A stretch of 64,000 bases of DNA, from NCBI GenBank assembly GCA_000165345.1, contig CM000431.1:480001-544000 (forward strand), in the 5' to 3' direction. Positions within the stretch are counted from its first letter, which is position 1. The number at the start of each line of letters is the position of its first letter. Below the pieces are notes generated by a model. That model worked only from the letters and a program-made list of their open reading frames with translations. It had not been told where the DNA came from and made no database searches. Shown here one piece after another: positions 1-12,300 of the stretch. The position numbers were made by a program, and so were the translations under genes.

Positions 1-1589
1 AAAGGAGAGCTAGTAAAAGACTTGATGTAGTTGTCATAGAATCCAACAATGTCTATTCCATGCTCCAAATGTGCAACTCCTCCAATCTTCGAAAAGGACC
101 TCACTGATAAGCAAATGAATAAGAATACAGAAGCTTCTCTGGTAACATCAGACTTAGTGATTTGATACTTGCAGTAGTTACCGCTTTTCTCATTAAACTC
201 CTCCCAGTCAAAGATAGATGAACTTCCATGCGCATCATTTGAAATGCCATTCAAGAGACTGATAATCAAATTACTCAATAGTTCACTCAGCTTTGTGTAG
301 TAGAACTTCCCCAAATTCTTGATGCATTCCAAAGCTGCAGATCGTTTGGAAGTTGAATCACAAACATCATTTATATCCCAAAGGTATTTGTATACAAAGT
401 CCTTGGGAGTTTCTTCAATTATGTTTAAATCATTAATATCCAAAAATGTACAAGGTATGAGGATCTTCTCAACAAGATGATCCAATACTCCAGAATCCAT
501 AAATGCATTATCAGACCATTGTGTAGCTGCTAGAGAACCAATCAGCCTTAGACCTTCATCAATTAAAGAAGATATAGAACTGGACAATTCAGGATTTGTA
601 TCTATAGTATTATTATTCTGAGAAACCATCTTTGTGAGTAGGATTGCCACAGTTGAAAGAGACTTCCTAGCATAAATATCAAACGGTTCTTGGTACCTAT
701 CAGAATATATCCTTAAATTCTCAAATATCTGGCTCTTGATATTAAGGCAGATAATAAGCTGATCCTCTGAATCCACCAAACCAGGAGTAGTGTCTAATTC
801 CAAAATAGCTTGGAAGGATTCCATAAATGGCCCAATTCTATCCTCAAAAAATTCAGGAATATCACAGCAATGAAGAATATAAAAGAGCTGGCAGCTTAAG
901 AGGCAGATATTCATAACCAACTGTCTGCTTGTATTATCTTGGATTACCGGAAGTCTTCTTAAAAGGCATTGAGAAGAATAAACAAACATTCTATACATAG
1001 GCTCACAAACCACCTTGAGAATTTCCTTCAGCTCAAGCAAGACCTTGTTTGAGGATTCAGCATATCTATATTTGTCCAAAATTAATTTAATCATAGAGAG
1101 GGTGCTTTCATATTGTTGCAATTTAGAAACCAATGCATTCAGATCACTCCCAAGAAACATCCCATTATTGGAAAGAAGGTCAGTTTGCTCATCAGGTAAA
1201 AACTTGACAATAATGACAAGAAGGTCATTCCAATATACAGGAAAGTCTCTGATAGAAATATAAAGGAGCATTTCACCAATTTGGGACTGAATCATCTTTG
1301 GTGTGTTCATATATATGTTCACAATGTTGCCTTTAATAATATCCCTATCATGTTTATTCATCCCACCATGTTCCCAATCAATATCCCACTTTCTCTTGAC
1401 CAAATTCTTCATATAAATACAACCAACTTGTCTAATATGTAATTCAATATCAGTCTTAGTAACGATCATGAGCAAAGTTTCAATAAACCCTGGCATTCCC
1501 TCCTTCATATTTAAGGAGTTCTCAGCCATTTTCACATCAGCAGGGTTGATGCTGGTACTAAGACCTAATAGAGTTACAATCTCTTCCAT
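1..1589 (-). CDS. CSE1: Exportin-2 (CSE1/CAS, importin-alpha re-exporter), N-terminal ~530 codons; gene runs off the 5' window edge
   Basis: Manual minus-strand translation from the ATG (reverse complement of 'cat' at 1587-1589, with an in-frame TAA just upstream): MEEIVTLLGLSTSINPADVKMAENSLNMKEGMPGFIETLLMIV...IRQVGCIYMKNLVKRKW. The frame stays open to position 1. Importin-beta N-terminal-like start, plus CSE1-specific matches 'GEMLLYISIRDFPVYWNDLL' and 'CCDIPEFFEDRIGPFM' (yeast Cse1 'CQDIPEFFEDNI'). The ORF track omits it because it is open at the window edge; track ORF 1015..1263(+) is antisense noise inside it. Confidence 0.7.
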   Translation of the reverse strand, partial: MEEIVTLLGLSTSINPADVKMAENSLNMKEGMPGFIETLLMIVTKTDIELHIRQVGCIYMKNLVKRKWDIDWEHGGMNKHDRDIIKGNIVNIYMNTPKMIQSQIGEMLLYISIRDFPVYWNDLLVIIVKFLPDEQTDLLSNNGMFLGSDLNALVSKLQQYESTLSMIKLILDKYRYAESSNKVLLELKEILKVVCEPMYRMFVYSSQCLLRRLPVIQDNTSRQLVMNICLLSCQLFYILHCCDIPEFFEDRIGPFMESFQAILELDTTPGLVDSEDQLIICLNIKSQIFENLRIYSDRYQEPFDIYARKSLSTVAILLTKMVSQNNNTIDTNPELSSSISSLIDEGLRLIGSLAATQWSDNAFMDSGVLDHLVEKILIPCTFLDINDLNIIEETPKDFVYKYLWDINDVCDSTSKRSAALECIKNLGKFYYTKLSELLSNLIISLLNGISNDAHGSSSIFDWEEFNEKSGNYCKYQITKSDVTREASVFLFICLSVRSFSKIGGVAHLEHGIDIVGFYDNYIKSFTSSP

Positions 1590-2002
1590 TTTTCTTTAAA
1601 ACTATCTTAATGTGTTGAACCCTGGACTCCTTTATTTGCAAGAGTCCTTTCTGCGCTTCCTCCTAGTTCCCTATATTCGCTTATAGGGGAAAAATAACCT
1701 TAATTTCAAAAAAAATTAAATTATTTCTGCCCCTGTTTTAAATTTTTTTTATTGATAATTATTTTATTTTTCCCTTGCAAATTTTTCAATTTTGTAATCT
1801 CCTATACCGGCACTGCCAATATTTTTTTTAAATAACTAGTTGTGGGGATGCCGCCCAAATGCAAATTTAACAAATAACGTAATCTTGGAAATATAAACCT
1901 ATAATCAAATGAAAAATTCAATTATTTTAGTCAAGTTTATTATTTTTCTATTCTAAATAATTATATCTATGGAAAAATACTTCTTTTTTCTCTAAAACTA
2001 AT

Positions 2003-3688
2003 TCATTTGATTGTTTTGTTTTCGTGGTAGTTATATACTGGTAAAAGCTCTAGCGATGTTCTGAAACTGCTTTCTTCTATGGATTGTTTGGCCATAAAAA
2101 GGCCTGTATAAATTATTCCAATAAGATTAATTGCAGTAATTAATAGGAATTTTTCGGAAATATTAATTAACTTAAAACTGTAGTTGTTGATAATTTGGTC
2201 AAGTATGGGAGCAGACAACAAAATAGTGTGAATTATTGCTAGAACCATTGATTTTATTTCTGAAGGTGTAAATTTGATTGAAAAGTAGAGTGCATTTATA
2301 GAGGGAACTACACAACTGATGTGGAATATGCCATGACAGAGTGTGAAAGCAGAAATAAAGTCAGTAAAGGTCTTGACTGGAATCTCATGGAGCATATATG
2401 TACATAGGGTTAGTCCAAATGATACCATTGATAGAATGGCAAAACAATAAACCTGGAGAATTACTGGAGAAAATGTGTTGGACATATATGCAAGAAAAAT
2501 CGACAATATCAACGATATAATTGCTTCGTATATAAATGAGTAAAGTTCCCACCACTCAATATTAAATGCTGTTTGGTCAATTACTATCCACTTGTGGAAG
2601 TTATTACCCGATTGTATGAAATATATTATCCAGTATGGAATTACTAGGAACCAAAATAAATTACTTTTATCCCCTATAAATTCTTGAATGTTTGTTGAAT
2701 ATTGTTTAATATTTTGATAGTTAATTTGGTAAATTGAATTATTTGTGAAATTTAATTTTAGTTTATGTTCAACTAAGTAATATCCAAATGGAATCATTAT
2801 TAGTAAAACCAATAAATTAAAGCAATAGATATGAATATAGTCAATTTCAATTGTCTTGTTGCTAAATTTTAAATTTTTTTGGGTTAATAACTCTAAAATC
2901 GATATAAATGTAAGTCTTGAAATTAATAAACTTAAGTAACTTCCAATATTATAAAAGCAAATTTCGCTCCATCCTGCAAAATCAATATATGAATTAGAAT
3001 ACCTAGTGTTGTAATCGTCAATACTACTATCCACAATTAAAATGTTCAAATTGTAGTACATACTATTGGAACTTGATTGTAAAATACAGCATATGGCGAA
3101 AAGTATCAATGTAAAAACAAGCACAGAAACACTATTGGGCTTTAATTGTAAATTTGAATTATTTTCATCCAACTCAACTTTGTTTCCAAAATTCATTTCA
3201 GAGCTTCCTGGAGCTAAATCAGCCTCTTCTCTATGAATATTATTCATAATATTTGTTGTTTCATCAAAAATTAAAATATTATCATTTAATGTTTCGCTAT
3301 TAAAAACATACAAGCCTCCACTTCTTCCAGAATACCTTAATATATCCAATTTGAGAAATTTGGTTTCAATAAATAAGTTCGTTAATACAATTAATAATAC
3401 TGCCAAAACTGATCCCAACATTATCTTTAACGAATACTTTAAAGACGTTTTTTTAGACTTCAAGTCTGAGGTCATTCCCAAGAAAAAGCAAAACAAACCC
3501 TCAATTAAAAACATTATCGCCTGAAAAGGGAGTCTTAGATAATCACCAACCACTAATAACGGCCATATCATTGTAATGCAAGAGTTAGCCCAGGAAGAGA
3601 TTAGAATCAAAAGCATCATATATAGCTTTGAATTTCTCTCCGGTGGGACAAACCCTCCTTCCGCTCTAAGTAAGGAAGTATTATCCAT
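2003..3688 (-). CDS. Multi-pass integral membrane protein, 561 aa, about 12-13 hydrophobic helices; function not recognisable (size and topology fit an ER glycosyl- or acyl-transferase such as a GPI-pathway enzyme, but I see no diagnostic motif)
   Basis: Long ORF with ATG start. Regularly spaced 18-25 residue hydrophobic segments throughout, and Asn/Ser-rich loops. Confidence 0.55.
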   Translation of the reverse strand: MDNTSLLRAEGGFVPPERNSKLYMMLLILISSWANSCITMIWPLLVVGDYLRLPFQAIMFLIEGLFCFFLGMTSDLKSKKTSLKYSLKIMLGSVLAVLLIVLTNLFIETKFLKLDILRYSGRSGGLYVFNSETLNDNILIFDETTNIMNNIHREEADLAPGSSEMNFGNKVELDENNSNLQLKPNSVSVLVFTLILFAICCILQSSSNSMYYNLNILIVDSSIDDYNTRYSNSYIDFAGWSEICFYNIGSYLSLLISRLTFISILELLTQKNLKFSNKTIEIDYIHIYCFNLLVLLIMIPFGYYLVEHKLKLNFTNNSIYQINYQNIKQYSTNIQEFIGDKSNLFWFLVIPYWIIYFIQSGNNFHKWIVIDQTAFNIEWWELYSFIYEAIISLILSIFLAYMSNTFSPVILQVYCFAILSMVSFGLTLCTYMLHEIPVKTFTDFISAFTLCHGIFHISCVVPSINALYFSIKFTPSEIKSMVLAIIHTILLSAPILDQIINNYSFKLINISEKFLLITAINLIGIIYTGLFMAKQSIEESSFRTSLELLPVYNYHENKTIK

Positions 3689-4830
3689 TTTCTACCACCC
3701 CAAACTAACTACTCTAATTATATAATTTAAACTCAAAGCGCTGTGTTATATAATTTTACTTGTGCATGCACCCACACATTGTCCCTATAATGTATGCATA
3801 TAACAGACTTTCATTAGGAAAATTTTAAACTACTACTACCTTATCAGATTATTCAACTAAATTATCATTAAAGCTTCAAAAAAAAATTACTTCCAGCGTA
3901 ATTATCATTGCTCGAGACGTTTTATTGTCCTAATTTAATATGTAAATAAACGCCCTTGCGAGAATAAAAATGGTGCCGCTAAAACAGGTTAAGAAGCGCC
4001 AACAAGAATATTTATAAACTGGGGAATATTATTCAGCGTTCTGAAAAGCAGAAGATCATTCCAATCTCTATGAACTATTTGAATACATCTGGCTTTGCTG
4101 GATCTGAACTAAGTGTGTGAGGTTTCCTTGAAGGCGTACAGAAATATCCATGATTTGATAGAAAACGAAATTAACTACACAGAATAAACGTCAGTTTTCA
4201 AAACTGATTAATGTATTAAAAGTTAGCAATTCTGGTAGCTAATGGAATTGCCTAACTAGCTATCTAATAATAATTTATTTTATGTTTATTTTTTTCCTTA
4301 TTTTTAAATTTTTAATATCTTTGTGAAACAATATATCTTTATCTGGGATAGTAATAAATACATATTGCCCAAATACCGCCAAATATGGCCCGCCTTCCGA
4401 GGGTTTAAAATAGTTTAAAGCGAAATAATAAATGAACAAGGATAAAGGCCCGATTTAAGTAAAAGAAATTAGGAATTTTGGACGGGAAAAAGTATATTAA
4501 AAGGGGGGTTCATGTATTAAGGTGAATTAATTTACTGTTATCCCGAAATATTCAAGTTAGAAAAACTATACAATCTCAAATATTTAGCCGTTAGGTAAAG
4601 ATATACGGAGCTGAAGTGCGACAAGGTCTGAGAATTCAAAAAGCAAAGATTAGTCGGACTTTAGGGCGGAGATTTGAACGCGAATACTGCGAGGTAGCAA
4701 ACTCAAGGTGGTAGTGAGGAGAGGAACCAAACAGACTATATGTAGGCAACTAGGAAAAGGATTGTAATCATTTTATGTGAGTTCAGTATATAAGCGAGGA
4801 TAATTAAAAGAGTGATCAATAAAAAGAGAG

Positions 4831-6126
4831 ATGGAGGTCCGAGTGGGAGGAAAATATAGATTGGGTAGGAAGATAGGAAGTGGCTCATTTGGTGATATAT
4901 ATTTGGGCACAAATGTTACAAATAGTGAAGAGGTTGCAATCAAACTAGAAAGTGTTAAATCAAGACATCCACAGCTTCTATACGAATCAAAGTTGTATAA
5001 AATACTAGCAGGTGGTATAGGGGTTCCAACAGTGCATTGGTACGGAATTGAAGGTGATTACAATGTTATGATTTTGGATCTTTTAGGCCCCTCTTTGGAG
5101 GACTTATTTACTATTTGTAATAGAAAATTCTCCTTAAAAACGGTTTTAATGCTTGCGGATCAAATGCTGAATCGTATTGAGTTTGTTCATTCAAAAAACT
5201 TCATACATAGAGATATTAAGCCCGATAACTTTTTAATTGGTAGAGGGAAAAAACTCAATGTAGTATACATTATAGACTTTGGGCTCGCAAAGAAATACAG
5301 AGATCCTAAATCCCAGGCACATATTCCTTATAGAGAAGGTAAAAACCTGACTGGAACAGCTCGTTATGCTTCAATCAATACCCACTTGGGAATTGAGCAA
5401 AGTAGAAGGGATGATTTAGAGGCATTAGGTTATGTACTTATGTACTTTAACAGAGGTACACTGCCCTGGCAAGGGCTTAAAGCAACTTCTAAGAAGGATA
5501 AATATGACAAAATTATGGAAAGAAAGATTGCAACCCCAATAGAAACACTTTGCAAGCATCATCCATTTGAGTTTATTACTTTCCTTAATTATTGCAGAGC
5601 TCTTAGATTCGAGGATAGGCCAGATTATGCCTATTTGAGACGATTGTTTAAAGACTTGTTCTTTAGAGAGGGCTACCAATATGACTTCATTTTTGACTGG
5701 AGTTTTCTCCAGCCAGAAAAAGACAGGAGAAGAACAGGAAATTCTGTAGGTGTCGGAGTTGGCGTCCCAGTTGGAGCTGCTGTAGCAAATGCTGGAGCAA
5801 ATGGCCCCATACCTACAAATGGAATGGGAGTTGGAGTTACACAGGGAAATATACCTGCTGGGCAGTCCACCAATGTAGTAGCCGCAGGAATAGGAACTGC
5901 TACGGGTGCTATTCTTCCCCACAATGCAAGTCTTCCTAACCAAGCTGGTCCTTCTCAATGCATGATGCCCGGGGGCCCCTCCAGCCCTGCAGGAATCCCA
6001 GTTGCCGGAGGAGCAACTCAGGTAACATATACTCAGACAAATGCAAACTGTGTAGCGGGTGAAGGTGGGCAGAATGTTTATCATGAATCACAGCAAGATG
6101 AACAGTGGGGAGGAGTTGTCAAATAA
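4831..6126 (+). CDS. CK1: Casein kinase 1 (CK1) with a C-terminal Gly/Val/Ala/Pro-rich low-complexity tail
   Basis: Translation: [18 protein letters not shown]...EVAIKLE...[12 protein letters not shown]...[12 protein letters not shown]...[12 protein letters not shown]...[32 protein letters not shown]. These are the canonical CK1 catalytic-domain motifs. Confidence 0.93.
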   Translation: MEVRVGGKYRLGRKIGSGSFGDIYLGTNVTNSEEVAIKLESVKSRHPQLLYESKLYKILAGGIGVPTVHWYGIEGDYNVMILDLLGPSLEDLFTICNRKFSLKTVLMLADQMLNRIEFVHSKNFIHRDIKPDNFLIGRGKKLNVVYIIDFGLAKKYRDPKSQAHIPYREGKNLTGTARYASINTHLGIEQSRRDDLEALGYVLMYFNRGTLPWQGLKATSKKDKYDKIMERKIATPIETLCKHHPFEFITFLNYCRALRFEDRPDYAYLRRLFKDLFFREGYQYDFIFDWSFLQPEKDRRRTGNSVGVGVGVPVGAAVANAGANGPIPTNGMGVGVTQGNIPAGQSTNVVAAGIGTATGAILPHNASLPNQAGPSQCMMPGGPSSPAGIPVAGGATQVTYTQTNANCVAGEGGQNVYHESQQDEQWGGVVK

Positions 6127-6706
6127 AGACAGCCAAGTATGCCAATTTTCCTCCTTAATCCAAGTCCCATTCAAGACCTCATACATGGTTGTTTTCGTAC
6201 TTTCTAGTCTATATATCCACCCCTTCTCCAAATCTGAGTTTGCAAACTAAAAGTACTAAGATAAAGCACAGCTGAATTCTCAGTTTTCACGGAATACTTT
6301 GAGAATTCGTGGTTTGTATGATGGTACAGAATCTGCCCCATTTTTTTGGGGCTTTTGCTTCTAATTACATAATTATTAATGCTCCCTATTTATCTAATTA
6401 TAACACCTGCAACTCGCAAAATTTGATTTCATTTAAGTTGTAGCAGAACCATAGTAATAATTGATTTAATGAGTTATTAATCTCAAATAACAAACTAGAG
6501 TTTTTCATGTCATTTTAAGTGTCAGAGCCTGCTTTAGTATCTGTTTATCAGTGTCAGGATGGCATCCAAAGTACTATCATCACCTCTTTCGCGTAGTTTC
6601 TAAAGTTTAACATATTTTTAATTAGAATAGAATCAACAAGACGTCATGCGATTTATCAGCTATTCCAGCGACTTGCTTGAACGTTTTTTTGCAGAATATT
6701 GCAACT

Positions 6707-6808
6707 CCTCCCCACACTGTTGCTTTGTGTGGCGCCAAATAACCTTTAATGTTAATTAACTCTGAAAATTTGTTGAATTAGAGCACCTCCCCACTTGCCG
6801 CCCAAACA
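6707..6808. promoter_or_regulatory. Duplicated composite element upstream of SEC23: CCTCCCCAC followed about 20 nt later by an E2F-like site (TGGCGCCAAAT at 6730-6740; GCCGCCCAAAC at 6798-6808)
   Basis: gcaaCTCCTCCCCACactgttgctttgtgTGGCGCCAAATaac ... gagcaCCTCCCCACttGCCGCCCAAACaat. Two copies about 80 nt apart, 250-350 nt upstream of the 7051 ATG. Confidence 0.4.
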
Positions 6809-7050
6809 ATCTATGAACCCCAAATTTTGAAGAGCAAAGTAATCTTTCCAGGTATTGGAATATCTATTAAGAGGTATTTTTTTCTCTTTTTGAATTTTCC
6901 CAGGGAACGTACTGGGAAAGGAAGAATATTGGAGGGCCTGTTACACTTACAGACAAGTAAGAATTGACTTAAGGATAAGAAGAGTAAAAAAGGAATTAAG
7001 AGTGATAAAGATTTAAGGAATAGAAATTGTCAGAGTAGCTAAGCTAGAGA

Positions 7051-9324
7051 ATGGATTACCAAGAACAAGAAAGCCAGACTGGGGTCCGCTTCAATTGGAA
7101 TATTTGGCCATCAACAAAGCTGGAGGCTACAAGAGTGGAGATCCCTTTGGGATGTTTGTTTACTCCGCTTAAAGAGAGTAGCAAGCTGCAACTTGTGGAA
7201 TATGAGCCAATTCGCTGTAGAGCATCAGGATGCATTTTGAACCCATATTGTCCAGTGGATTTCAGGTCCAAAGTTTGGACTTGTCCATTTTCTTTACAAA
7301 GAAACCCATTTCCTCCCCATTATGCCGAGCACATTAGCGAGACGGTATTACCAGCAGAGCTAATGTACCCTTCTGTTGAGTATATATTACCTGGAATCCC
7401 TGCAAATAACGTCAGTCCTCCCGTATTCATTTTTGTGATTGACACATGCCTAATTGAAGCAGAATTGACAGAACTTCGTGACTCGATCCAGCAGGCAGTT
7501 TCTCTAATGCCTTCAGACGCTCTTGTAGGTTTAATTACATATGGAACAGTATGTTGTGTGCACGAGCTAGGGTTTACAGAATGCCCCAAATCATATGTCT
7601 TCAGAGGCACTAAAGACGTTACTTCTCAGCAATTGCAACTTCAATTAGGTCTAACTTCTCGTGGAGACACTCGCAACCAGATGGCTGAGGGATCCTCCAG
7701 AAGGTTCCTTTTGCCTGTTTCAGAATGTGAATATTCCTTAATGAACATATTAGACGATTTACAACCGGATTCATGGCCAATTCCTGCTGACACTAGGCCT
7801 CAGAGATGCACTGGCGTGGCTCTAGCGGTAGCAACAGGATTGATGGAAGCTTGTTGCGTGCAACAAAGTGGAAGGATCATGCTCTTTGTTGGAGGGGTAT
7901 GCACAGTTGGTCCTGGAACCATAGTTTCACTTCCACTGGCTGAGTCAATTCGTCATCACTTGGATCTTCAAAAAAACTCTAACTCTGCAAGGCACGTGCA
8001 AAAGGCCCTTAAATTCTACTCCTCCTTGGCGCAGAGAGCTGTTCAAAATGGTCATGCAGTCGATATCCTTGCTTGTTCTCTCGATCAAGTTGGACTGCAT
8101 GAAATGAGAGTTCTATGTGACCGTTCTGGAGGTCATATGGTAATGAGCGATTCCTTTAGTATGAACATATTTAGAGACTCATTCAAGAAAATGTTTGAGC
8201 CTGATGCTTCTGGATACATTAAACAAGCCTTTAATGGCAGAGTGGAAATCCTTTGCTCAAAGGATGTCAAAATTAATGGTGCAATTGGTGCATGCACCAG
8301 TACTGGTAAAAAAGGCGCCCAAGTTGGTGACACCATGATAGGAGAAAGTAATACATGTGAGTGGGCATTTGGCGCCATGGATAAAAATACTACCGTTGCA
8401 TTTTATTTCGAAGTAGTAGCACAGGGAGTGAATCAGATTCCGCCAGGGAAACAATCTTTTATACAATTCCAAACTTTATATAATCATCCATCTGGGCGAA
8501 AAAGGCTGAGAGTTACCACAGTTTCCTATAGATATTCAGAACCCAATATTTTGGATTTAGCACCAGGATTTGACCAGGAGTCAGCTGCCGTACTTATGGC
8601 AAGATTGGCTGTATCTAAAACAGAAAGTGAAGATGGATTAGATGTACTTCGTTGGCTTGACAGAAAACTTATCAGACTTGTTTCGAGGTTCGCGGATTAT
8701 CAAAAGGACGATCCCAACTCTTTCCATCTTTCTTCGGAGTTCAGTATATACCCACAATTTATGTATCATCTCCGTAGAAGCCACTTCCTTCAGACTTTTA
8801 ATGCCTCGCCAGATGAAACTGCATACTACAGAACTGTTCTTTTAAGGGAAAATGTTATGAACTCTTTAGTTATGATCCAACCAGCCTTACTACAATACTC
8901 ATTTGATGAAGGTCCTCCTCAACCTGTGCTTCTTGATGTACAATCTCTTAAGCCTAATGTTATTCTCCTTCTTGATTCTTTCTTCCATATTGTTGTCTGG
9001 TACGGAGAAATGATCCACCAGTGGAAAGAGCAAGGCTATCACGAGAACCCAGAATATGAAAACTTTAAGAATCTATTACTTGCTCCAGCAGAGGATGCCA
9101 AGTCTATCCTTCAGGACAGATTTCCCGTTCCAAAGTTTGTTCTGTGTCACGCAGGAGGTTCTCAGGCTAGGTTCCTTCTTGCTAAAGTTAATCCTTCTGC
9201 CACCCACAACACCCTTTCAGGTGCCACTTTTGATTCCGTCTCTGATGGATCAATTGTTATCACTGATGATGTCTCGCTTAAAGTATTCATGGAGCATCTC
9301 ATCAAACTCGCCGTACAGTCATAA
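7051..9324 (+). CDS. SEC23: COPII coat protein Sec23
   Basis: 757 aa. Sec23-like N-terminus ([15 protein letters not shown]...[12 protein letters not shown]), Cys-rich zinc-finger region, and trunk, helical and gelsolin-like regions of the right length. ATG start verified. Confidence 0.9.
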   Translation: MDYQEQESQTGVRFNWNIWPSTKLEATRVEIPLGCLFTPLKESSKLQLVEYEPIRCRASGCILNPYCPVDFRSKVWTCPFSLQRNPFPPHYAEHISETVLPAELMYPSVEYILPGIPANNVSPPVFIFVIDTCLIEAELTELRDSIQQAVSLMPSDALVGLITYGTVCCVHELGFTECPKSYVFRGTKDVTSQQLQLQLGLTSRGDTRNQMAEGSSRRFLLPVSECEYSLMNILDDLQPDSWPIPADTRPQRCTGVALAVATGLMEACCVQQSGRIMLFVGGVCTVGPGTIVSLPLAESIRHHLDLQKNSNSARHVQKALKFYSSLAQRAVQNGHAVDILACSLDQVGLHEMRVLCDRSGGHMVMSDSFSMNIFRDSFKKMFEPDASGYIKQAFNGRVEILCSKDVKINGAIGACTSTGKKGAQVGDTMIGESNTCEWAFGAMDKNTTVAFYFEVVAQGVNQIPPGKQSFIQFQTLYNHPSGRKRLRVTTVSYRYSEPNILDLAPGFDQESAAVLMARLAVSKTESEDGLDVLRWLDRKLIRLVSRFADYQKDDPNSFHLSSEFSIYPQFMYHLRRSHFLQTFNASPDETAYYRTVLLRENVMNSLVMIQPALLQYSFDEGPPQPVLLDVQSLKPNVILLLDSFFHIVVWYGEMIHQWKEQGYHENPEYENFKNLLLAPAEDAKSILQDRFPVPKFVLCHAGGSQARFLLAKVNPSATHNTLSGATFDSVSDGSIVITDDVSLKVFMEHLIKLAVQS

Positions 9325-9374
9325 AGTAACTATACCTACTCAATTATTATACTAAGTCTAACAAAACTAACTGT

Positions 9375-12300
9375 TCAGATTAATATTAAAAGCAATACTA
9401 AAGATATCGTTAAAACCCCTGGTATCTTTCTATCTATTGAATTTGATGTTATCAGCCTCTGCTTTATACAGGTTCCTGGAATATTTGGAGTAACTGAGTA
9501 ATTATAAGAACTTATTATTTCACTAAAGAACTTGTATTTCAACACCAAAGGCTGACTGGACGTTTTTTCTTGAGAGAGAATAGGAACTTCTGGAGGGCAT
9601 ACCTTTAATGCTTGTATGCTTGAAGGTACCGTATACAAATTATAATAATGAGTTGAAATTAATGCCTTCCTGAATTGATAGTAACTCTCAAAATAAGTTG
9701 GACTGGGATCTAGTCTCAGTTTCCAAGTATTTACCTTACTTTTTTTCTTTATGATAAAATTATAATTAACTCTCTCATTTGGGCTTGTGTCATCTGCTGA
9801 ATATATTCCATTATCGTATGTTTCTATGTCGTCTTCTTCAATAACCAAGGTTATCAAGCTCATTATGAATTTCTCTTTTGAACTTAAAAATTTGGATAAC
9901 AACCTCTTAACTAAAGCAAAGTTTTTATCCTTCGATCCACTGCTTTTGTTGCTATTTCTTTCCTTGTCCAATCTTGAGTATTTCACAACTTTATCACATT
10001 TTGAACCCTTAAAATATCCATTCCCAAGGACGAGAATTATTTGACAAGAAGAAGATCCCAAATTACCTATTTCCCTTGTAACTATATCAATCTCTTTACC
10101 ATCTAAAGAAGGCTCAGAAATTATATATAAGAATCTAAACTTTTCCATATACATCAACTTAGTGACTAAATAATTTGGTGAATTTGTTTCTAGCTCTACA
10201 ATCTGATCTTTGAGCATTGGAAAAGGATGAAAGGATGTGTGGCTTTGTTGGACAGATATTACCTGAAAAATATAATTTTCTCCCTTAACATATTGTAGTT
10301 TATTTGCAACTGGGGTTTTATAAGGACCCTTAAAATTTTCATGTACGCTTAGAAACAAGAGAGATGTAAGATAAGGTGAATCCATGGTAGAAACTGAGCT
10401 TGAAATATTAAACTCAACATATTCTGTTAAATGCATAGAATTAATTACAACAGGTCTTGTGATATCTATTGAAAGTCCCCACCATCCTTCTCTAAACCCT
10501 TCATTTGACTCTAAAGTTATAGCAAGAATTCTTTCTTTTGCATATTTTGTAATTTTGACTCCTCCACCCGAAAATGTTTTAGAAATATCATATGATTCTG
10601 GAGGTATTACCCGAACATTCAAATCTGTGTTTATGTATTCTGTAATAGATTTTGGAATAAGCATACTAATTGTCATCATTCTATTATATTGATGTCCTAT
10701 TAAAAAAAAATATACTACCATTGAATATTTTTCTTTAGTATCAACGAATACAAAAGGTCCCCCAATTTCAGAGATCTCAGTTTCCCTTGGATCAAGAATC
10801 TCCCCCAATAGAACTTTTTTTGTGATAACTTGCACATTTTCTTCTTCATCTTGAACAATTTCATCACCAATTGAGAAGATTTCCACCTCCCACTCCTTCT
10901 TCTGAGCTTCAAATATGTTTTCCTGATATTTTGAGTTTCTTTTAGATTTGGGTCCTTCTACTAATAAAATACATTCCAATGGATTATCTGGATCTACATT
11001 CCTAAGCAAAATAGAATCACTTTTTGTCTCAAACTCAATGGATAATTCCTCCTGAAGTCTGGATTTATCATATATCAAGGCATTCAAAAGAACATTTGAA
11101 TATCCAATTCTTTGGTCAAGTTCTTTTTTAACAAACTGGGCCCCCTCAACAAGAGGTTTTACCCGAATATTATAGCTTCCTTGAACCTTGTCATTCATCT
11201 TACCTATCCTTAACAAAATTGGATATGTTTCTGAATTACTTACTCTATATCTAATTTGTATGCCAATATCTCTCGTCTTAGGGAGTTTATATGTTCCAAT
11301 TGAGACAGATGAATAAGATAAGCTATTATTATTATTCATTAAATTTGAAACTGTTTGGTCTTTAATTAAAAACTTGATCCACTGACCAATACATTGGTTC
11401 TTTTTGGTAATTTCTTCAACGGTAGATACGTTTAAATTTAGAAACTCAGGCTTTGAAATAGGAACTGAGGGAATCAAAACTTCGATTTTAAGTTTGTAGT
11501 TTGCTTCTGACTTGAATGGAATTACAAGATCCTTGATTCCAACTTTAAGGGGGAAAATACTATTTAGGTTATTATTATCTATTGCTTCAGATAATCCAAT
11601 GCTTAATACGAGCTCTGGTTTTTTTCTTTCCAAATAACATTCATATTTATGCCCATATATTTGACAAAATGTCTCACTATTTTTTGAGTTAATTGAGTAG
11701 CAATCATTTTGGTTTTCACAGGCTGGAAATGTTAATCTTATTCTAATTGGCTCTAATTCTCCAATTTCTGATATCTGTTGATTTATCTTATTTGATCCAT
11801 TCCATTTCAAAGAGTTTATGATAAAACTGAATTCTCCTTTTTGGCTACCAGTATAATACGAATTAAATGTAGCATTTTTAACATTTAGTGGACCCAACAT
11901 AGGTCCCAGAGTTCTTGAAACTGAAGTTTGATCTATATATGTTAAACAAAAGGGCGTTGTTGGGAAGTTATTTTTTGTGCTTGTAATACTAAGATTCCAG
12001 TTACCTGCAAATTCTTCTTTAATTGGATTCTGTAAGTCAAATCTAAGAACATAACTCCCATTTGCAAGATTTCCCATCATTTTAAGTGATTCTGTACCTT
12101 TGGTTTCATATTTTGGTACTTCCAAGCATTTACTTGAATTCTGCGAAACCACCTGCCAAGTTTGGAATCCCAAAGAAGTAAATACTTGAATTAGCTCATT
12201 CTCGGCATCTTTTCCAAGATCACAAGAAGGAATTTGTTCATTTACTATATTGTCAAATGCAAAAAGAGAATTTTTAGTATCAATAGAACTAGACTTTTCA

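Noticed and set aside
1015-1263. Track ORF (+, 82 aa)
   Set aside because: It lies antisense within the well-supported CSE1 coding region and has no homology signal.
5425-6084. Track ORFs on the minus strand overlapping the CK1 C-terminal tail (219 aa and 83 aa)
   Set aside because: They are antisense to a GC-rich low-complexity coding segment and are a typical compositional artefact.
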